43,032 nt of DNA, taken from Thermoproteota archaeon (lineage in GTDB: Archaea > Thermoproteota > Bathyarchaeia > Bathyarchaeales > JAYEKF01). The notes below the pieces were generated by a model. The model was given only the letters and a program-made list of their open reading frames with translations, searched no databases and was not told the origin of the DNA. Numbering within the stretch: the first letter of the stretch is position 1; every line of letters starts with the position of its first letter. Where the stretch lies: NCBI GenBank assembly GCA_034660895.1, contig JAYEKF010000044.1, positions 1-43,032 of the forward strand, read 5' to 3'. This document shows, in pieces, positions 32,746 through 42,176 of the stretch. The translations under genes were made by a program, and so were the position numbers.

Positions 32746-33678
32746 TTGCCAAAACTAATGTTCGATTTGATAACTGTCGGCCACTTCGCCATCGACCTAA
32801 TCCTTTCACCAAAAATCGCTAGCTTAAAGCCCACTTTAGGCGGCCCACCAACCTACGTTTCGTCAGCTGCACAAAAACTAGGCGTTAATGTGGCAGTAAT
32901 TTCGAAAGTTGGAGACGACTTCCCAGAAGAATATTTTGTGTGGCTTAAAAAGCATAACATAAAGCTGGTTACATTAAAACCAGTGAAGAATGCTAAGACC
33001 ACCAAGTTTGTTCTAGACTACACCAAGGGTTGGAGACGACTTCAGCTAAAAAGCTTAGCTCCACCAATTCTTCCAGGGGACATTCCGATTTCCCTGCAAG
33101 CTAAAGCGGTTCATGTAGCGCCTATCGCAAATGAGCTATCAAAGAATGTTTTGGACAAACTGCGCGCTGTCACAAACACGCTCTCTCTTGACCCACAGGG
33201 GTTTGTGCGGGAGTTCGACGAGAAAGGCGATGTGCACCTGAAAAATTGGGAACACCTGGGGGTTCTTGAACAAGTTGACGTGTACAAGTCGTCCGTCAGC
33301 GAAATCAAAAGAGTTACGAGGTTAAATGATTTAGCACTGTGCATGAGAAGGATTCAGGATTACGGAGTGAAAGTGGTTATTGTAACCGAAAGCGTGAAAG
33401 GCTCCACGTTACTTTTTGAAGGAAATTTTTGTCATGTCGCTGCTTACAAAGCAAGGGTTATTCGAGACCTAACAGGCGCCGGCGACACCTTTATAGGAGC
33501 TTTCCTTGCAGAATACATTCAAAACAGAAGCCCCGTTTGGTGCGCTTGCGTGGGGTCGGCGGCAGCCTCGTTCGTAGTCCAAGGTGTTGGGCCTGCGGTG
33601 TTTGGGAATAAGAAAGAAACGTACAAAAGGGCTCATGAAATATATGAAAAAGGAGTTAAGCGGTTAACAAGAATATAA
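32746..33678 (+). CDS. PfkB-family carbohydrate/nucleoside kinase (likely start at ATG 32758)
   Basis: The N-terminal DLITVGHFAIDLI and the PfkB motif 2 DLTGAGDTFIGAFLAEY are present. Confidence 0.85.
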   Translation: MPKLMFDLITVGHFAIDLILSPKIASLKPTLGGPPTYVSSAAQKLGVNVAVISKVGDDFPEEYFVWLKKHNIKLVTLKPVKNAKTTKFVLDYTKGWRRLQLKSLAPPILPGDIPISLQAKAVHVAPIANELSKNVLDKLRAVTNTLSLDPQGFVREFDEKGDVHLKNWEHLGVLEQVDVYKSSVSEIKRVTRLNDLALCMRRIQDYGVKVVIVTESVKGSTLLFEGNFCHVAAYKARVIRDLTGAGDTFIGAFLAEYIQNRSPVWCACVGSAAASFVVQGVGPAVFGNKKETYKRAHEIYEKGVKRLTRI

Positions 33679-33681
33679 GAA

Positions 33682-33909
33682 GTGAAAAGGAGGGCTAGGT
33701 TCTTGGGAAGAGTGGCAAAAGGCGTGAAATGCAGCGTTGTTGGATGCAACAAAGATGCCGTTCGCTCACTCAGCGCTGAAAGAGTGGCTGCTGCTGGTTT
33801 AAAGGTTGGCTCCAAGAGACGTGCATACCTCTGCAAAGAACATTATAAGGAGTTCAAGAAGGCGACTAAAGAGAAGCATAAGCTACAGAAATGGAGATAC
33901 AAAGGGTAA
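33682..33909 (+). CDS. Hypothetical small basic zinc-finger protein (75 aa)
   Basis: The protein has a GTG start, a C-x4-C ... C-x2-H arrangement (CSVVGC ... CKEH) and a Lys/Arg-rich composition. Confidence 0.45.
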   Translation: MKRRARFLGRVAKGVKCSVVGCNKDAVRSLSAERVAAAGLKVGSKRRAYLCKEHYKEFKKATKEKHKLQKWRYKG

Positions 33910-34012
33910 TACGAACATAAAACACGCAAAGCTAGTAATTTAAGAATGTTTTACGTGGGGTTTTGAAGAACTCACGTGCTAGTTGCGTTTTCCTTTATCA
34001 TCTATGTGTCTT

Positions 34013-34760
34013 CTATTCTTTGGCGGCGACAAAAATTACTTTTGAGCTGTCTTTTCGATATTCTGATTTATCGAAGTCTCCGTAAACAGCTCTTAGTTTG
34101 AACCCGACTTGCTTCAGCATACTTACAACCTCTTCTTTAGCCATAATAGCCGCTTCTCCAAACTCGTAATATCTTTCAGTTAACCTTCCCTTCTTGTAAA
34201 CATCAAAAAACAAGTTTACAGAAACCACCCGACTCTCTGGATTCCTCCTGGAAAAGATACTCCTAACCACTTCAGTTTCGCTGTCAACCTCCGCCCTGTC
34301 AACCCACCAAGACGATATTGGGCTGTCCTCTGTTGATTGAGAAACATCAAAGGCAAACACACCGTTGGATTCCAAATGCTCATAAACACATTTCAAACAG
34401 TTCTTCTGATCTTCTTTGGTAATGCAATGCTCCAAAGTGGCAGAAGGACTGTACACGAACGAAAAACGCATCTCCAACCGGAAACTCCGCATGCCCGCAT
34501 TCCGCAGCACCACATGCTTTCTCACCGAAACGGGTTCCCGAGCCAACTTCTCCCGTGCAACATCCAACATAAACTCGGAACTGTCAATCCCAAAAACCAA
34601 TACACCCGCCTTCGCTAACTCAACCGCCACCCGTCCAGTGCCAACACCCCTCCAAAGCTTTCATACCGTGCTGAAAAGCTAATTCCCGATAAAAAACAAC
34701 ATCATTTTTGGAGCCGAACAAATCATAATATTTCGAAGCAGGTCCGTAATTCACCAACAA
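34013..34760 (-). pseudogene. Class I SAM-dependent methyltransferase, with the N-terminal ~40 codons in a different frame (indel at the C4/G4 run 34647-34650)
   Basis: The listed ORF starts inside motif I (AVELAKAGVLVFGIDSS). Upstream, one frame reads GVGTGRVAVELAKAG. A second frame reads VNYGPASKYYDLFGSKNDVVFYRELAFQHGMKALE. Confidence 0.75.
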
Positions 34761-34862
34761 AACTCACTTAATCCATTAACAAAAGCAAACTAAAACACCA
34801 AATTCAGAACAACCAAAACAACAAAAAAATTCAACTCACCCGCCGTACAAAAAATATTTCCC

Positions 34863-35144
34863 TTAGAAAGAAGGTTTCACAACCTCTTTCATCCAATCCA
34901 ACTTACTAGCAGCCTTTAAAGCCTCAACAACCTCCTTATCACTCGCACCCTTACTAATCTTAATCATCTCCTCAGTGGGCTCAACATGACCAATATTACA
35001 ACGCCTACGCCTAACACCGCTCACCCGTTTAGGACCAGTAACCAAAACAAAATTTTCATCTACAACATCCACAACAATGCATTTACACCCGGCCTCACGA
35101 CCGACCAACTTAACGCAAACTCTACCAACGCGCAAAGACAACAC
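34863..35144 (-). CDS. rpl14e: 50S ribosomal protein L14e
   Basis: The KOW-type sequence is GRVCVKLVGREAGCKCIVVDVVDENFVLVTGP...GVRRRRCNIGHVEPT. Confidence 0.88.
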   Translation of the reverse strand: MLSLRVGRVCVKLVGREAGCKCIVVDVVDENFVLVTGPKRVSGVRRRRCNIGHVEPTEEMIKISKGASDKEVVEALKAASKLDWMKEVVKPSF

Positions 35145-35199
35145 AAACCACCTTCTTCACAAATTAAACAAACCAAAAACAATACTCATATATAACATT

Positions 35200-35766
35200 T
35201 CATCTCTTACCCAAAACCCACTTATCAGTAACTAAACACAGCGTATCAAAAACCTCGTCTACTGCCAAAAAATCAGTGTTCAAAATCATATCGAAAGGGC
35301 TGAAATCTTTTTCTAAATGAAAACTATACAGTCTAAAATAAATCTCCTTTGTCCGCTCTTCCTTCATCCTCAAAGCTTTCAAAGCCTCTTCAAAACCAAT
35401 GTTATTCCGTTTCATCAAACGTTTGGCTCTAACTTTAACGGGGCAATTCAACCAAACCTTAAAACCTCCATCAAACAACCAAGGCATCGTCCAACTGTCT
35501 AACACAACATTTCCTTCTCTGGCGCACTCCAACAACTTCTCATCAATCTCTCTATCAAAACTAAAATCGTCCGTCCTCTCCTTAAGAAAACGCATCCCAT
35601 CATCGCTCTCCCACCAACCTCTTTCCACCGCTCGGTAGCCTCTCTCAACAGCTAACGCCCTTAAAGCATCCCCACCAGAAACATAGCGTAAGCCGTATTG
35701 CTCAGCCAAACGTTTTGCCACCGTACTTTTCCCACTTCCACTCAGCCCACAAACACATAACACCAT
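35200..35766 (-). CDS. cmk: Cytidylate kinase, archaeal type (the ORF track extends to 35799)
   Basis: The sequence starts MVLCVCGLSGSGKSTVAKRLAEQYGLRYVSGGD. There is a GGTGA RBS 7 nt upstream of ATG 35766. The position between L34e and L14e is conserved. Confidence 0.85.
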   Translation of the reverse strand: MVLCVCGLSGSGKSTVAKRLAEQYGLRYVSGGDALRALAVERGYRAVERGWWESDDGMRFLKERTDDFSFDREIDEKLLECAREGNVVLDSWTMPWLFDGGFKVWLNCPVKVRAKRLMKRNNIGFEEALKALRMKEERTKEIYFRLYSFHLEKDFSPFDMILNTDFLAVDEVFDTLCLVTDKWVLGKR

Positions 35767-35821
35767 GTTCGTTTCACCTGCTTGAGAAGAAAAATACATA
35801 ACATTTCACCCGTTTATACGA

Positions 35822-36091
35822 TCAGAGACTTCTCACTTCACGCTTCAACAAATATCGAAGACAAGCTGGACACAATTGTCCACCATACATCCGTTCAACT
35901 TTCCTCTCACTAGAAGAAAGTTTACTAATTCTCGACGGCGCTGAATAAGAAAATCCTGTGAGAACCCCACCACAACGGCGACAACATGCTGGATTAACCT
36001 TCTCTTTTTTAAAGTGAGTGGTTTTCCGCCCACCAGGAAGCCGAACGCGAATTCGCTTTTTGGTTTTCGTCCGGTTTGATGGTCTAGGCAT
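35822..36091 (-). CDS. rpl34e: 50S ribosomal protein L34e
   Basis: The sequence has MPRPSNRTKTKKRIRVRLPGGRKTTHF and CRRCGG...CPAC. Confidence 0.9.
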   Translation of the reverse strand: MPRPSNRTKTKKRIRVRLPGGRKTTHFKKEKVNPACCRRCGGVLTGFSYSAPSRISKLSSSERKVERMYGGQLCPACLRYLLKREVRSL

Positions 36092-36595
36092 CTATTTGGG
36101 TGCCCCCATTCCCACACCAAGCAAACGTGAAAATATCATTCCAAACGACATGGAACATAGCATGTACCACCAGAAGAGAGACTGGCCGAAAAGAGGTAGA
36201 GGAAGGTTCGTGCCAACTCCAGGAAAATACGCGATTGGATGTCCCCCGTAAGTGTCAAAAAGCACCCGCCAAATAATGAAAAAAGGAATCATAAAAATAA
36301 AGGACACCTTCATGGACTGCCACATCATTTTCGATTGTATTTTCATAATTTGAGGCTGCCGTTTCATAACCTTAGCCATGAGTCTCTTATCGTTAGTTTT
36401 TCTCGCCTCTTTCAACTTCGTGTTCCAATCGGAAACTTCTTTCCGCCAAGCATTCAGTTGTTTTTGATCAGTGAGCGTCCGATTGGCTAATGAAGTGAGA
36501 AATGTGAAAAGCATAGAAAGTAATAGAATGAAAACAGTTGCACCGGGTGCTTGAGGCATCAACAACCAATCTAAAACTGACATCGTATTAATCAC
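36092..36595 (-). CDS. DUF106 / EMC3-TMCO1-like membrane protein (archaeal YidC/Oxa1-superfamily homologue)
   Basis: There are three TM segments with a Lys-rich coiled loop (KEARKTNDKRLMAKVMKRQPQIMKIQSKMM). The position downstream of secY is conserved. Confidence 0.75.
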   Translation of the reverse strand: MINTMSVLDWLLMPQAPGATVFILLLSMLFTFLTSLANRTLTDQKQLNAWRKEVSDWNTKLKEARKTNDKRLMAKVMKRQPQIMKIQSKMMWQSMKVSFIFMIPFFIIWRVLFDTYGGHPIAYFPGVGTNLPLPLFGQSLFWWYMLCSMSFGMIFSRLLGVGMGAPK

Positions 36596-36697
36596 CTACT
36601 CAACAATTCTAAACTTCTCAGTTCCATTAACTTATTTTCCTTTTGGTCTTTAATTATTTTTGCCAACCATCCAAAAATCAATCGCCTTAACTACAGA

Positions 36698-38191
36698 TTA
36701 CTCCCCGAGGAGGCGTCGGAATCCAGGATACATTTCTGCAATACGTTCCTGCATGAGTAATTGATAATACTGGTACAGAATTCCAACAGCTAGTAGGATG
36801 CCTGTTCCGCTTCCGAACACCCCAAAAAAGTCTGAAAAGGCAGCGAGCAAACCAACAATTGCCCCTCCTAGTATGGTAACTGCGGGAATGTAACGTTTCA
36901 GAAGATGTTCAATAGGTCTACGAGACCTTCGATATCCAGGTATCTGCATCCCAGAATCAACAAGTTGCTGCGCAATCGTGGAAGGACCCAACCCTCCAAC
37001 TTCAAGCCATGTCAGTGAAAAAACAATACAAAATGCAACCATAATAACAGCGTATGCGAACGCTTGGAGCGGATGGTCAAGAACTCCTAAAATGCCTCGG
37101 GGAGCAAGCACATAATAAACAAGACCGCCAACGGGTTGAAGCTGACCGTTACCACCTTGGGGCTCAAACACGCCGAAGACGTTAACCCAGAAGGGAGCTT
37201 GGCCTTGAGGAAACCTAGTCCAGAGAAGTTGAGAGAAGAAGTAGATGTTAGCGAAAAGGGCGGAAGCGAAGATTACGGGCAAGTTGGACACATACAAAAG
37301 TTTTATAGGGTATCGGCTGCGGAACCCCCTGTAACCAGCATAAGCCATAGGGAGCTCAACTCTAACCCCCTGCGCGTAAATCACAGCAAGAAAAACAGCC
37401 ACAGTCGCAAAGAATCCTAACACAGCAGGGTAATTTCTTGCTCTGATAAAGGCGTTTGTTACAGCTGGAATGAGACTTCCAGTTTCAGGGTCATGGGTTA
37501 AAGCGAAAGAGACAACTGGAACGTTAGGATTCATGATTGCCTGACCAAGTGCGACGAAGACGCCTCGAGAGAGACCTATGGGAGGGGTTGGATCTATACT
37601 AGGGGTAGGGGCGAAGCAGTCCCAGAAAATGCGTTGTGCCACACCACCCAAGATGAAAAGGCTGATTCCACTTCCAATTCCCCATCCTTTCTGCACCAAT
37701 TCGTCGAGAAGCATCACCACTACCCCTGCAGCTAAAAGTTGAAGAAAAACAATGATGGAGGTTGTACCCGCTAGTTGACCGTAAACTCCACCAATTATGT
37801 AAGCTGAAGCCTGAACTCCAGTGAAAATGATGGTGAAAGCTTTGCTGGCGGAGGTGAAGAGAGCTCGGTCTCGAGGATCGGACATGTTGCATTCTATCAT
37901 TTGCGAGCCAACGAGGAGCTGCAGAATAAGCCCGGCGGTGACGATGGGGCCGATGCCTAATTCCATAAGGGTGCCTCGATTGGATGCGAAAATCACTCTT
38001 AAAGCGGTGAGATCCCATCCTCCTCCTGCTCCGATACCGTAAAGGGGAATTTCGGCCATGACGAAGTATACGGCGAGCGCTAAGGCTGTCCAAAACAGTT
38101 TTTCGTTGAAGCCTACCCGCCGCTCGGGTTTTCTGACTTCTGGCAAGAATCTCGAAAGAGGGCGAAACATTCCCAAGAATCTGCCAGCCAT
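36698..38191 (-). CDS. secY: Preprotein translocase subunit SecY
   Basis: The protein is 497 aa and polytopic. It contains LYGIGAG, GTLMELGIGPIVTAGLILQLL and GLLAAFSDFFGVFGSGTGILLAVGI. Confidence 0.95.
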   Translation of the reverse strand: MAGRFLGMFRPLSRFLPEVRKPERRVGFNEKLFWTALALAVYFVMAEIPLYGIGAGGGWDLTALRVIFASNRGTLMELGIGPIVTAGLILQLLVGSQMIECNMSDPRDRALFTSASKAFTIIFTGVQASAYIIGGVYGQLAGTTSIIVFLQLLAAGVVVMLLDELVQKGWGIGSGISLFILGGVAQRIFWDCFAPTPSIDPTPPIGLSRGVFVALGQAIMNPNVPVVSFALTHDPETGSLIPAVTNAFIRARNYPAVLGFFATVAVFLAVIYAQGVRVELPMAYAGYRGFRSRYPIKLLYVSNLPVIFASALFANIYFFSQLLWTRFPQGQAPFWVNVFGVFEPQGGNGQLQPVGGLVYYVLAPRGILGVLDHPLQAFAYAVIMVAFCIVFSLTWLEVGGLGPSTIAQQLVDSGMQIPGYRRSRRPIEHLLKRYIPAVTILGGAIVGLLAAFSDFFGVFGSGTGILLAVGILYQYYQLLMQERIAEMYPGFRRLLGE

Positions 38192-38368
38192 TCGTTTCTC
38201 TCCTTAACTTTCAACTGTAAAGTAAAAGTTGCAATCCACAGTAATTAATCTTATCTCATCCGGTTGTTCGTTTTGTGTTGTCTCCACGTATTTAGCGGGA
38301 AATAATTGTGTTATCCGAGCGTGCATACAACATTTACCATAACTTGTTTGTCCAAAGTAATTCTAGTT

Positions 38369-38848
38369 CTAAAGCATCCGTTTTATGAAACTGTTAATAT
38401 CTTCCCCTCTGTATCCGAAAGCCCCACCAGAATTATAGCTTTTTTTGACACTTCCCTTATACCCTTTTTTAGGTGGATGAAGACGGAAAACAGGCTTCAC
38501 TTTCGGAAGACAGTTGTACTTAACTTTCAGTTTGTACACAGCTTCAGCTAACTCATCCAGTGAATTGTAACCAACTTTTTTAGCGTATTCGTCAGACAAT
38601 TTTTTGTCACCAAATTGCCTACCTCTTTTCTTTAGAAGAAGCCCCAAGTTTGCTTGCGAGATTTCACCCCAAGTCACAAAGTGTCGCACTTTCTGTAGCA
38701 TACCAACATACGACGACCGGTTGTCAATTAAAGTGGCGTGACAGTTGCGTGTCAAATGAAGCACATGAAGAGTTTCTTTTACTTTTTGAGGGGCATTACC
38801 GAAACCGCGAATTCGAATCACAACCAAGCATTTTTGTTGTTCCGTCAC
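38369..38848 (-). CDS. rpl30: 50S ribosomal protein L30
   Basis: The sequence LVVIRIRGFGNAPQKVKETLHVLHLTRNCHATL is present, and the gene lies after S5. Confidence 0.9.
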   Translation of the reverse strand: MTEQQKCLVVIRIRGFGNAPQKVKETLHVLHLTRNCHATLIDNRSSYVGMLQKVRHFVTWGEISQANLGLLLKKRGRQFGDKKLSDEYAKKVGYNSLDELAEAVYKLKVKYNCLPKVKPVFRLHPPKKGYKGSVKKSYNSGGAFGYRGEDINSFIKRML

Positions 38849-38849
38849 G

Positions 38850-39491
38850 CTACCTCACCCAATCCTGAGGGGTTACACGACGGTAGGTTTTTTCGAGAGC
38901 ATCAAAAACAGCATAGGCGAAAGAAGGCACCGTCCTAGTAGAACCGGAACTTCTTGTCCAACAGTCTTTAATTCCCGCAAGCCCAAGAATAATTTTGGCT
39001 ACCTCGCTTGCAACTAGTCCTAAACCGCGGGGTCCAGGGAGAATTTCAACTTCTACGCCACCGCATTTCCCTCGTACTTTAAACGGGAGCGAGTGGGGTC
39101 TGCCACATCTGCATTCCCAGCTTCCGCAACCCCTCCGAACTGGGGTGATGTTTAGACGTGCGACAAGGGCGGCCTTTTCAATTGAAGCACGTACCTGTTT
39201 GGCTGTTGCACCGCCTAAACCTATATATCCGTCACGGTTCCCTACAGCTACTACCGCCTTAAACCGAGATCTTTCCCCAGCGTCGGTCTGTTTTTGAACT
39301 AAATTTATATCTAAAACTTCCTCTTGCAAGTCTGGGATAAGAGCATCTACAATTTCAGGTTCACGAATCCTTAACCCTTCCATGAAAATTTCTTCTATAG
39401 AAGAAATACGGCCCTCTTGTATCATTTTCCCAAGTCTTGTACGAGGACTCCACTCCTCCACTCTTTTCCTTTTTCTATTTCTTCGGCTCAA
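38850..39491 (-). CDS. rps5: 30S ribosomal protein S5
   Basis: The sequences FKAVVAVGNRDGYIGLGGATAKQV and GIKDCWTRSSGSTRT are present. Confidence 0.93.
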   Translation of the reverse strand: MSRRNRKRKRVEEWSPRTRLGKMIQEGRISSIEEIFMEGLRIREPEIVDALIPDLQEEVLDINLVQKQTDAGERSRFKAVVAVGNRDGYIGLGGATAKQVRASIEKAALVARLNITPVRRGCGSWECRCGRPHSLPFKVRGKCGGVEVEILPGPRGLGLVASEVAKIILGLAGIKDCWTRSSGSTRTVPSFAYAVFDALEKTYRRVTPQDWVR

Positions 39492-39494
39492 GTA

Positions 39495-40121
39495 TTATCC
39501 CCCATGGTTTTTCTTTTTCACTCTTTTAGACTTCTCAAAAGATGTAACAATTTTTTTCTTAACGTAGGAGAAGTGTTCAGAGAGATTCTCAAGGGGTAAC
39601 TCTTTATTCACAAAACTAGAAAATCTATGCTCATGCTCCTCGGGGTTCAACGATAATTGCTTTGCGTAATGGACAATGTGCTGCCCTTCTATCCTTGTCT
39701 TATCAGGTAATTTCTCTTCGCTGTGCGGAACTTTCACACCAGCATCAATAACTCCTTTCAACACCGCGAAAACTCGAGCGCCTTTAGATGGACAATGTAA
39801 TCCTATGTCCAAGACCACCTCTTTTACATTTTTAGCTATTGTTCTATAGCCGCATAAAAAACCGGTGAGATAAGCTACTGGAACATTTCCGCAACCACCT
39901 TTCCAACCGTACATTTTCATTAATTCACGGGAGTGAGCGGAGGCAATAGTTTTGTCTCCAGCTACTTCGGCTTTGACTATCTGCGCTAGTGTGTGTTTTA
40001 GGGAGGTCCGTGTTACTAACCGAGGTGACTTCGACAGAACCAATGCTTTCCTTTCTTGATAATCCGTTTTTCCTTCTCTTCGCCTGCGGTAGGGAACATT
40101 GTAGCGTGGACCTTTTGTCAT
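39495..40121 (-). CDS. rpl18: 50S ribosomal protein L18
   Basis: The sequences YNVPYRRRREGKTDYQERKALV and RLVTRTSLKHTLAQIV are present. Confidence 0.92.
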   Translation of the reverse strand: MTKGPRYNVPYRRRREGKTDYQERKALVLSKSPRLVTRTSLKHTLAQIVKAEVAGDKTIASAHSRELMKMYGWKGGCGNVPVAYLTGFLCGYRTIAKNVKEVVLDIGLHCPSKGARVFAVLKGVIDAGVKVPHSEEKLPDKTRIEGQHIVHYAKQLSLNPEEHEHRFSSFVNKELPLENLSEHFSYVKKKIVTSFEKSKRVKKKNHGG

Positions 40122-40552
40122 CGTCGTTTTCTCCCTAGGTGGTGGATTCTAATATATTGTTCTAACTCAGTTATAGACTCAAATTTTCCACTGCCCGCCA
40201 TTCTGTAAAGGCGACGGTAAGCAGTTTTTGTAATGCTGCGGTTCGCTTTTAATTCAGTCAATTTCTTTCGTAGGGCTCGAATTCGATGCATCCACATCTT
40301 TTTCTTAGAAACGCTTGCACGAGAAGTCCCACTTTTCCGTCCCGCACCTCTCTTCTTTTTACGTGAAACTCGGGCGCGGCTAACTCCTTTCTTAGAAACT
40401 GCTTGAATCGCCCCTTCATGAATTAGTTTCCTAATTTCTTCTCGGGTGATAGCTATTTCCACATCCAATATTCGATCCGGGTCAATCCAGATTCGATTTC
40501 CACCTACCTTCAGAATTTCAGCAGCCAATCGACGTTGATTTTTAACGCTCAT
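40118..40552 (-). CDS. rpl19e: 50S ribosomal protein L19e
   Basis: The sequence QRRLAAEILKVGGNRIWIDP is present, with a basic middle region. Confidence 0.92.
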   Translation of the reverse strand: MSVKNQRRLAAEILKVGGNRIWIDPDRILDVEIAITREEIRKLIHEGAIQAVSKKGVSRARVSRKKKRGAGRKSGTSRASVSKKKMWMHRIRALRKKLTELKANRSITKTAYRRLYRMAGSGKFESITELEQYIRIHHLGRKRR

Positions 40553-41030
40553 CCTCTTTCACTTCGCCTTTCATTTGCTTCTCTATTTCTTCCTCTGCTA
40601 TTTCCTCTTCCATTTCCTCTTCCGCAAATTCTATTCTTTCCCTTGGGTTTAGGATGTGAATCCCTCGTTCCCTTGCTATTGTAAGGATTTCCATCCGTTT
40701 TTTGGTTCCAACTGTGTGAGCGATTCTAATTGCTTGTTTTTCAGGGTCTACGTTGTGGAGGTGACTAATGTTTTGAACGAGTACTTCTTTGTATCCAGAG
40801 GGATGGAACGTTCTTGTCTTTCTGGGACTTCGGTAGCCAATTTTGGGTGATTTCGGCCATCCCTTCACTTTCAACCTCATTTTGTTGTCGCATCCACGTG
40901 GTCTTCTCCAACTTTTGTTCAATCGCTTATATCGCCAGCTTTCAGGCCGTCTGAAATTCGACTTCTTCTTTTTAGCATGCTTTCGCAGTTTTGCCGCATC
41001 AAGTTCTTTCTCTGTTCTCTCCTTTTTCAT
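40542..41030 (-). CDS. rpl32e: 50S ribosomal protein L32e (with an acidic C-terminal tail)
   Basis: The sequences FRRPESWRYKRLNKSWRRPRGCDNKMR and GYRSPRKTR are present. Confidence 0.9.
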   Translation of the reverse strand: MKKERTEKELDAAKLRKHAKKKKSNFRRPESWRYKRLNKSWRRPRGCDNKMRLKVKGWPKSPKIGYRSPRKTRTFHPSGYKEVLVQNISHLHNVDPEKQAIRIAHTVGTKKRMEILTIARERGIHILNPRERIEFAEEEMEEEIAEEEIEKQMKGEVKEDER

Positions 41031-41575
41031 TCTTCCATGCCCTCCATTCGTTCGTAAACATAGATGCCGTCGAGGAAAACACGTGGGTCTTTATTTTTTA
41101 TTTTAGTTCCTTGCTCAATGTTGGCAGCCGTTTGGCTGACGTGTTGGATGTTAATCCCCTCCACAACCACATCTTCACCTTCCACTTTTACCTTGCAGTC
41201 GCCGACGATCTTAGCTTTTCGTGGCGCCCGTTCACCTGTAAAATTTTCTATCAACACGATGCCATCTTCAACTTTAACAGAGATTGGAAAGTGGGAAAAC
41301 ACGATCTTTAACTTATAGGTGAAGCCTTTCGTCACCCCAATTATCATATTCTGGATGTGAGAGCTGATTGTTCCAACAACAGCCGCTTCTTTTTTGCGCG
41401 GCCAGTTTGTTTGAATTAGAACCGTATGCCCGTTCTTTTTAATAGATATAGGGGCGTGAAAAAAATCCTGAGTTAAAATCCCCTTTTCCCCTTTGACGGT
41501 GATTTTTCTCCCATCTATATTAACTTCCACATTTTCCGGAACTGGAACGCTTCTGGTTACTTTTACAGCTCTCAT
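41027..41575 (-). CDS. rpl6: 50S ribosomal protein L6
   Basis: The sequences VEVNIDGRKITVKGEKG and YKLKIVFSHFPISVKVE are present. Confidence 0.92.
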   Translation of the reverse strand: MRAVKVTRSVPVPENVEVNIDGRKITVKGEKGILTQDFFHAPISIKKNGHTVLIQTNWPRKKEAAVVGTISSHIQNMIIGVTKGFTYKLKIVFSHFPISVKVEDGIVLIENFTGERAPRKAKIVGDCKVKVEGEDVVVEGINIQHVSQTAANIEQGTKIKNKDPRVFLDGIYVYERMEGMEE

Positions 41576-41587
41576 CTTTCAACTGTC

Positions 41588-41980
41588 CTAATAGACAAAC
41601 GCAAGAAGTCGACCGCCAACTCCCTTACTACGAGCTTCACGGTGGGATAACACCCCTTGAGGGGTAGAAACAATGAGAACCCCCATTTCTCTGGATGGCA
41701 GAAACTTCTTTTCCCATTTCTCAAATTCGCTGGTTTTTACTGAGAATCGTGGTTTTATGGCTCTACATTTATTTATCCGCCCTAAAAGTTGTATCCTAAA
41801 TTTTCCAGCACGTCCATCGTCGATAAATTCGAATTCTCCGATGTAACCGTTTAGTTGTATTACCCTTAAAACCTGGCCTAACAGTCTAGATGCGGGGTAA
41901 ATCACACATTCACGCCTACTCCGCATCTCGTTGTTCATAATAGACGTTAACCCATTTGCAACGGTGTCCATCAACGTCAA
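41588..41980 (-). CDS. rps8: 30S ribosomal protein S8
   Basis: The sequences [16 protein letters not shown] and the C-terminal GGRLLAFVY are present. Confidence 0.93.
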   Translation of the reverse strand: MTLMDTVANGLTSIMNNEMRSRRECVIYPASRLLGQVLRVIQLNGYIGEFEFIDDGRAGKFRIQLLGRINKCRAIKPRFSVKTSEFEKWEKKFLPSREMGVLIVSTPQGVLSHREARSKGVGGRLLAFVY

Positions 41981-42000
41981 CCTTTCACACGCCCGCCTTC

Positions 42001-42165
42001 CTACTCATATTTTTTGAATCCAAGTTTCTCTGCAACCTCCCTAAAACATTGACGACATAGATATAAACCATAACGTCGAATGATAGGCCCATGAGAACCG
42101 CATCGTCTACATCTTCGACTGCCTTTGCCGTACTTCCTCTCTTTCTTAGGTTGCTGCTTTCCCAT
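42001..42165 (-). CDS. rps14: 30S ribosomal protein S14 (zinc-binding type Z / S29e-like), 54 aa, not in the ORF track
   Basis: My hand translation is [54 protein letters not shown]. The CxxC...CxxC motif is present, and the gene lies between L5 and S8. Confidence 0.9.
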   Translation of the reverse strand: MGKQQPKKERKYGKGSRRCRRCGSHGPIIRRYGLYLCRQCFREVAEKLGFKKYE

Positions 42166-42176
42166 CGTAATCACTC

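Noticed and set aside
631-38093. Many 60-200 aa ORFs antisense to, or in alternative frames of, long homology-supported genes. Examples are 631-909(-), 1154-1465(-), 3540-3944(-), 8882-9406(-), 10885-11217(+), 17873-18475(+), 25319-25855(-), 30320-30595(+) and 37599-38093(-).
   Set aside because: They lie entirely within better-supported CDSs. They have low-complexity or Arg/Ser-rich compositions typical of shadow frames, and they carry no recognisable motifs.
40542-40640. The acidic Glu-rich C-terminal tail of L32e as an anomalous fusion.
   Set aside because: It is continuous in frame with a normal L32e core. Acidic tails on archaeal ribosomal proteins are not unusual, and there is no evidence of a separate gene.
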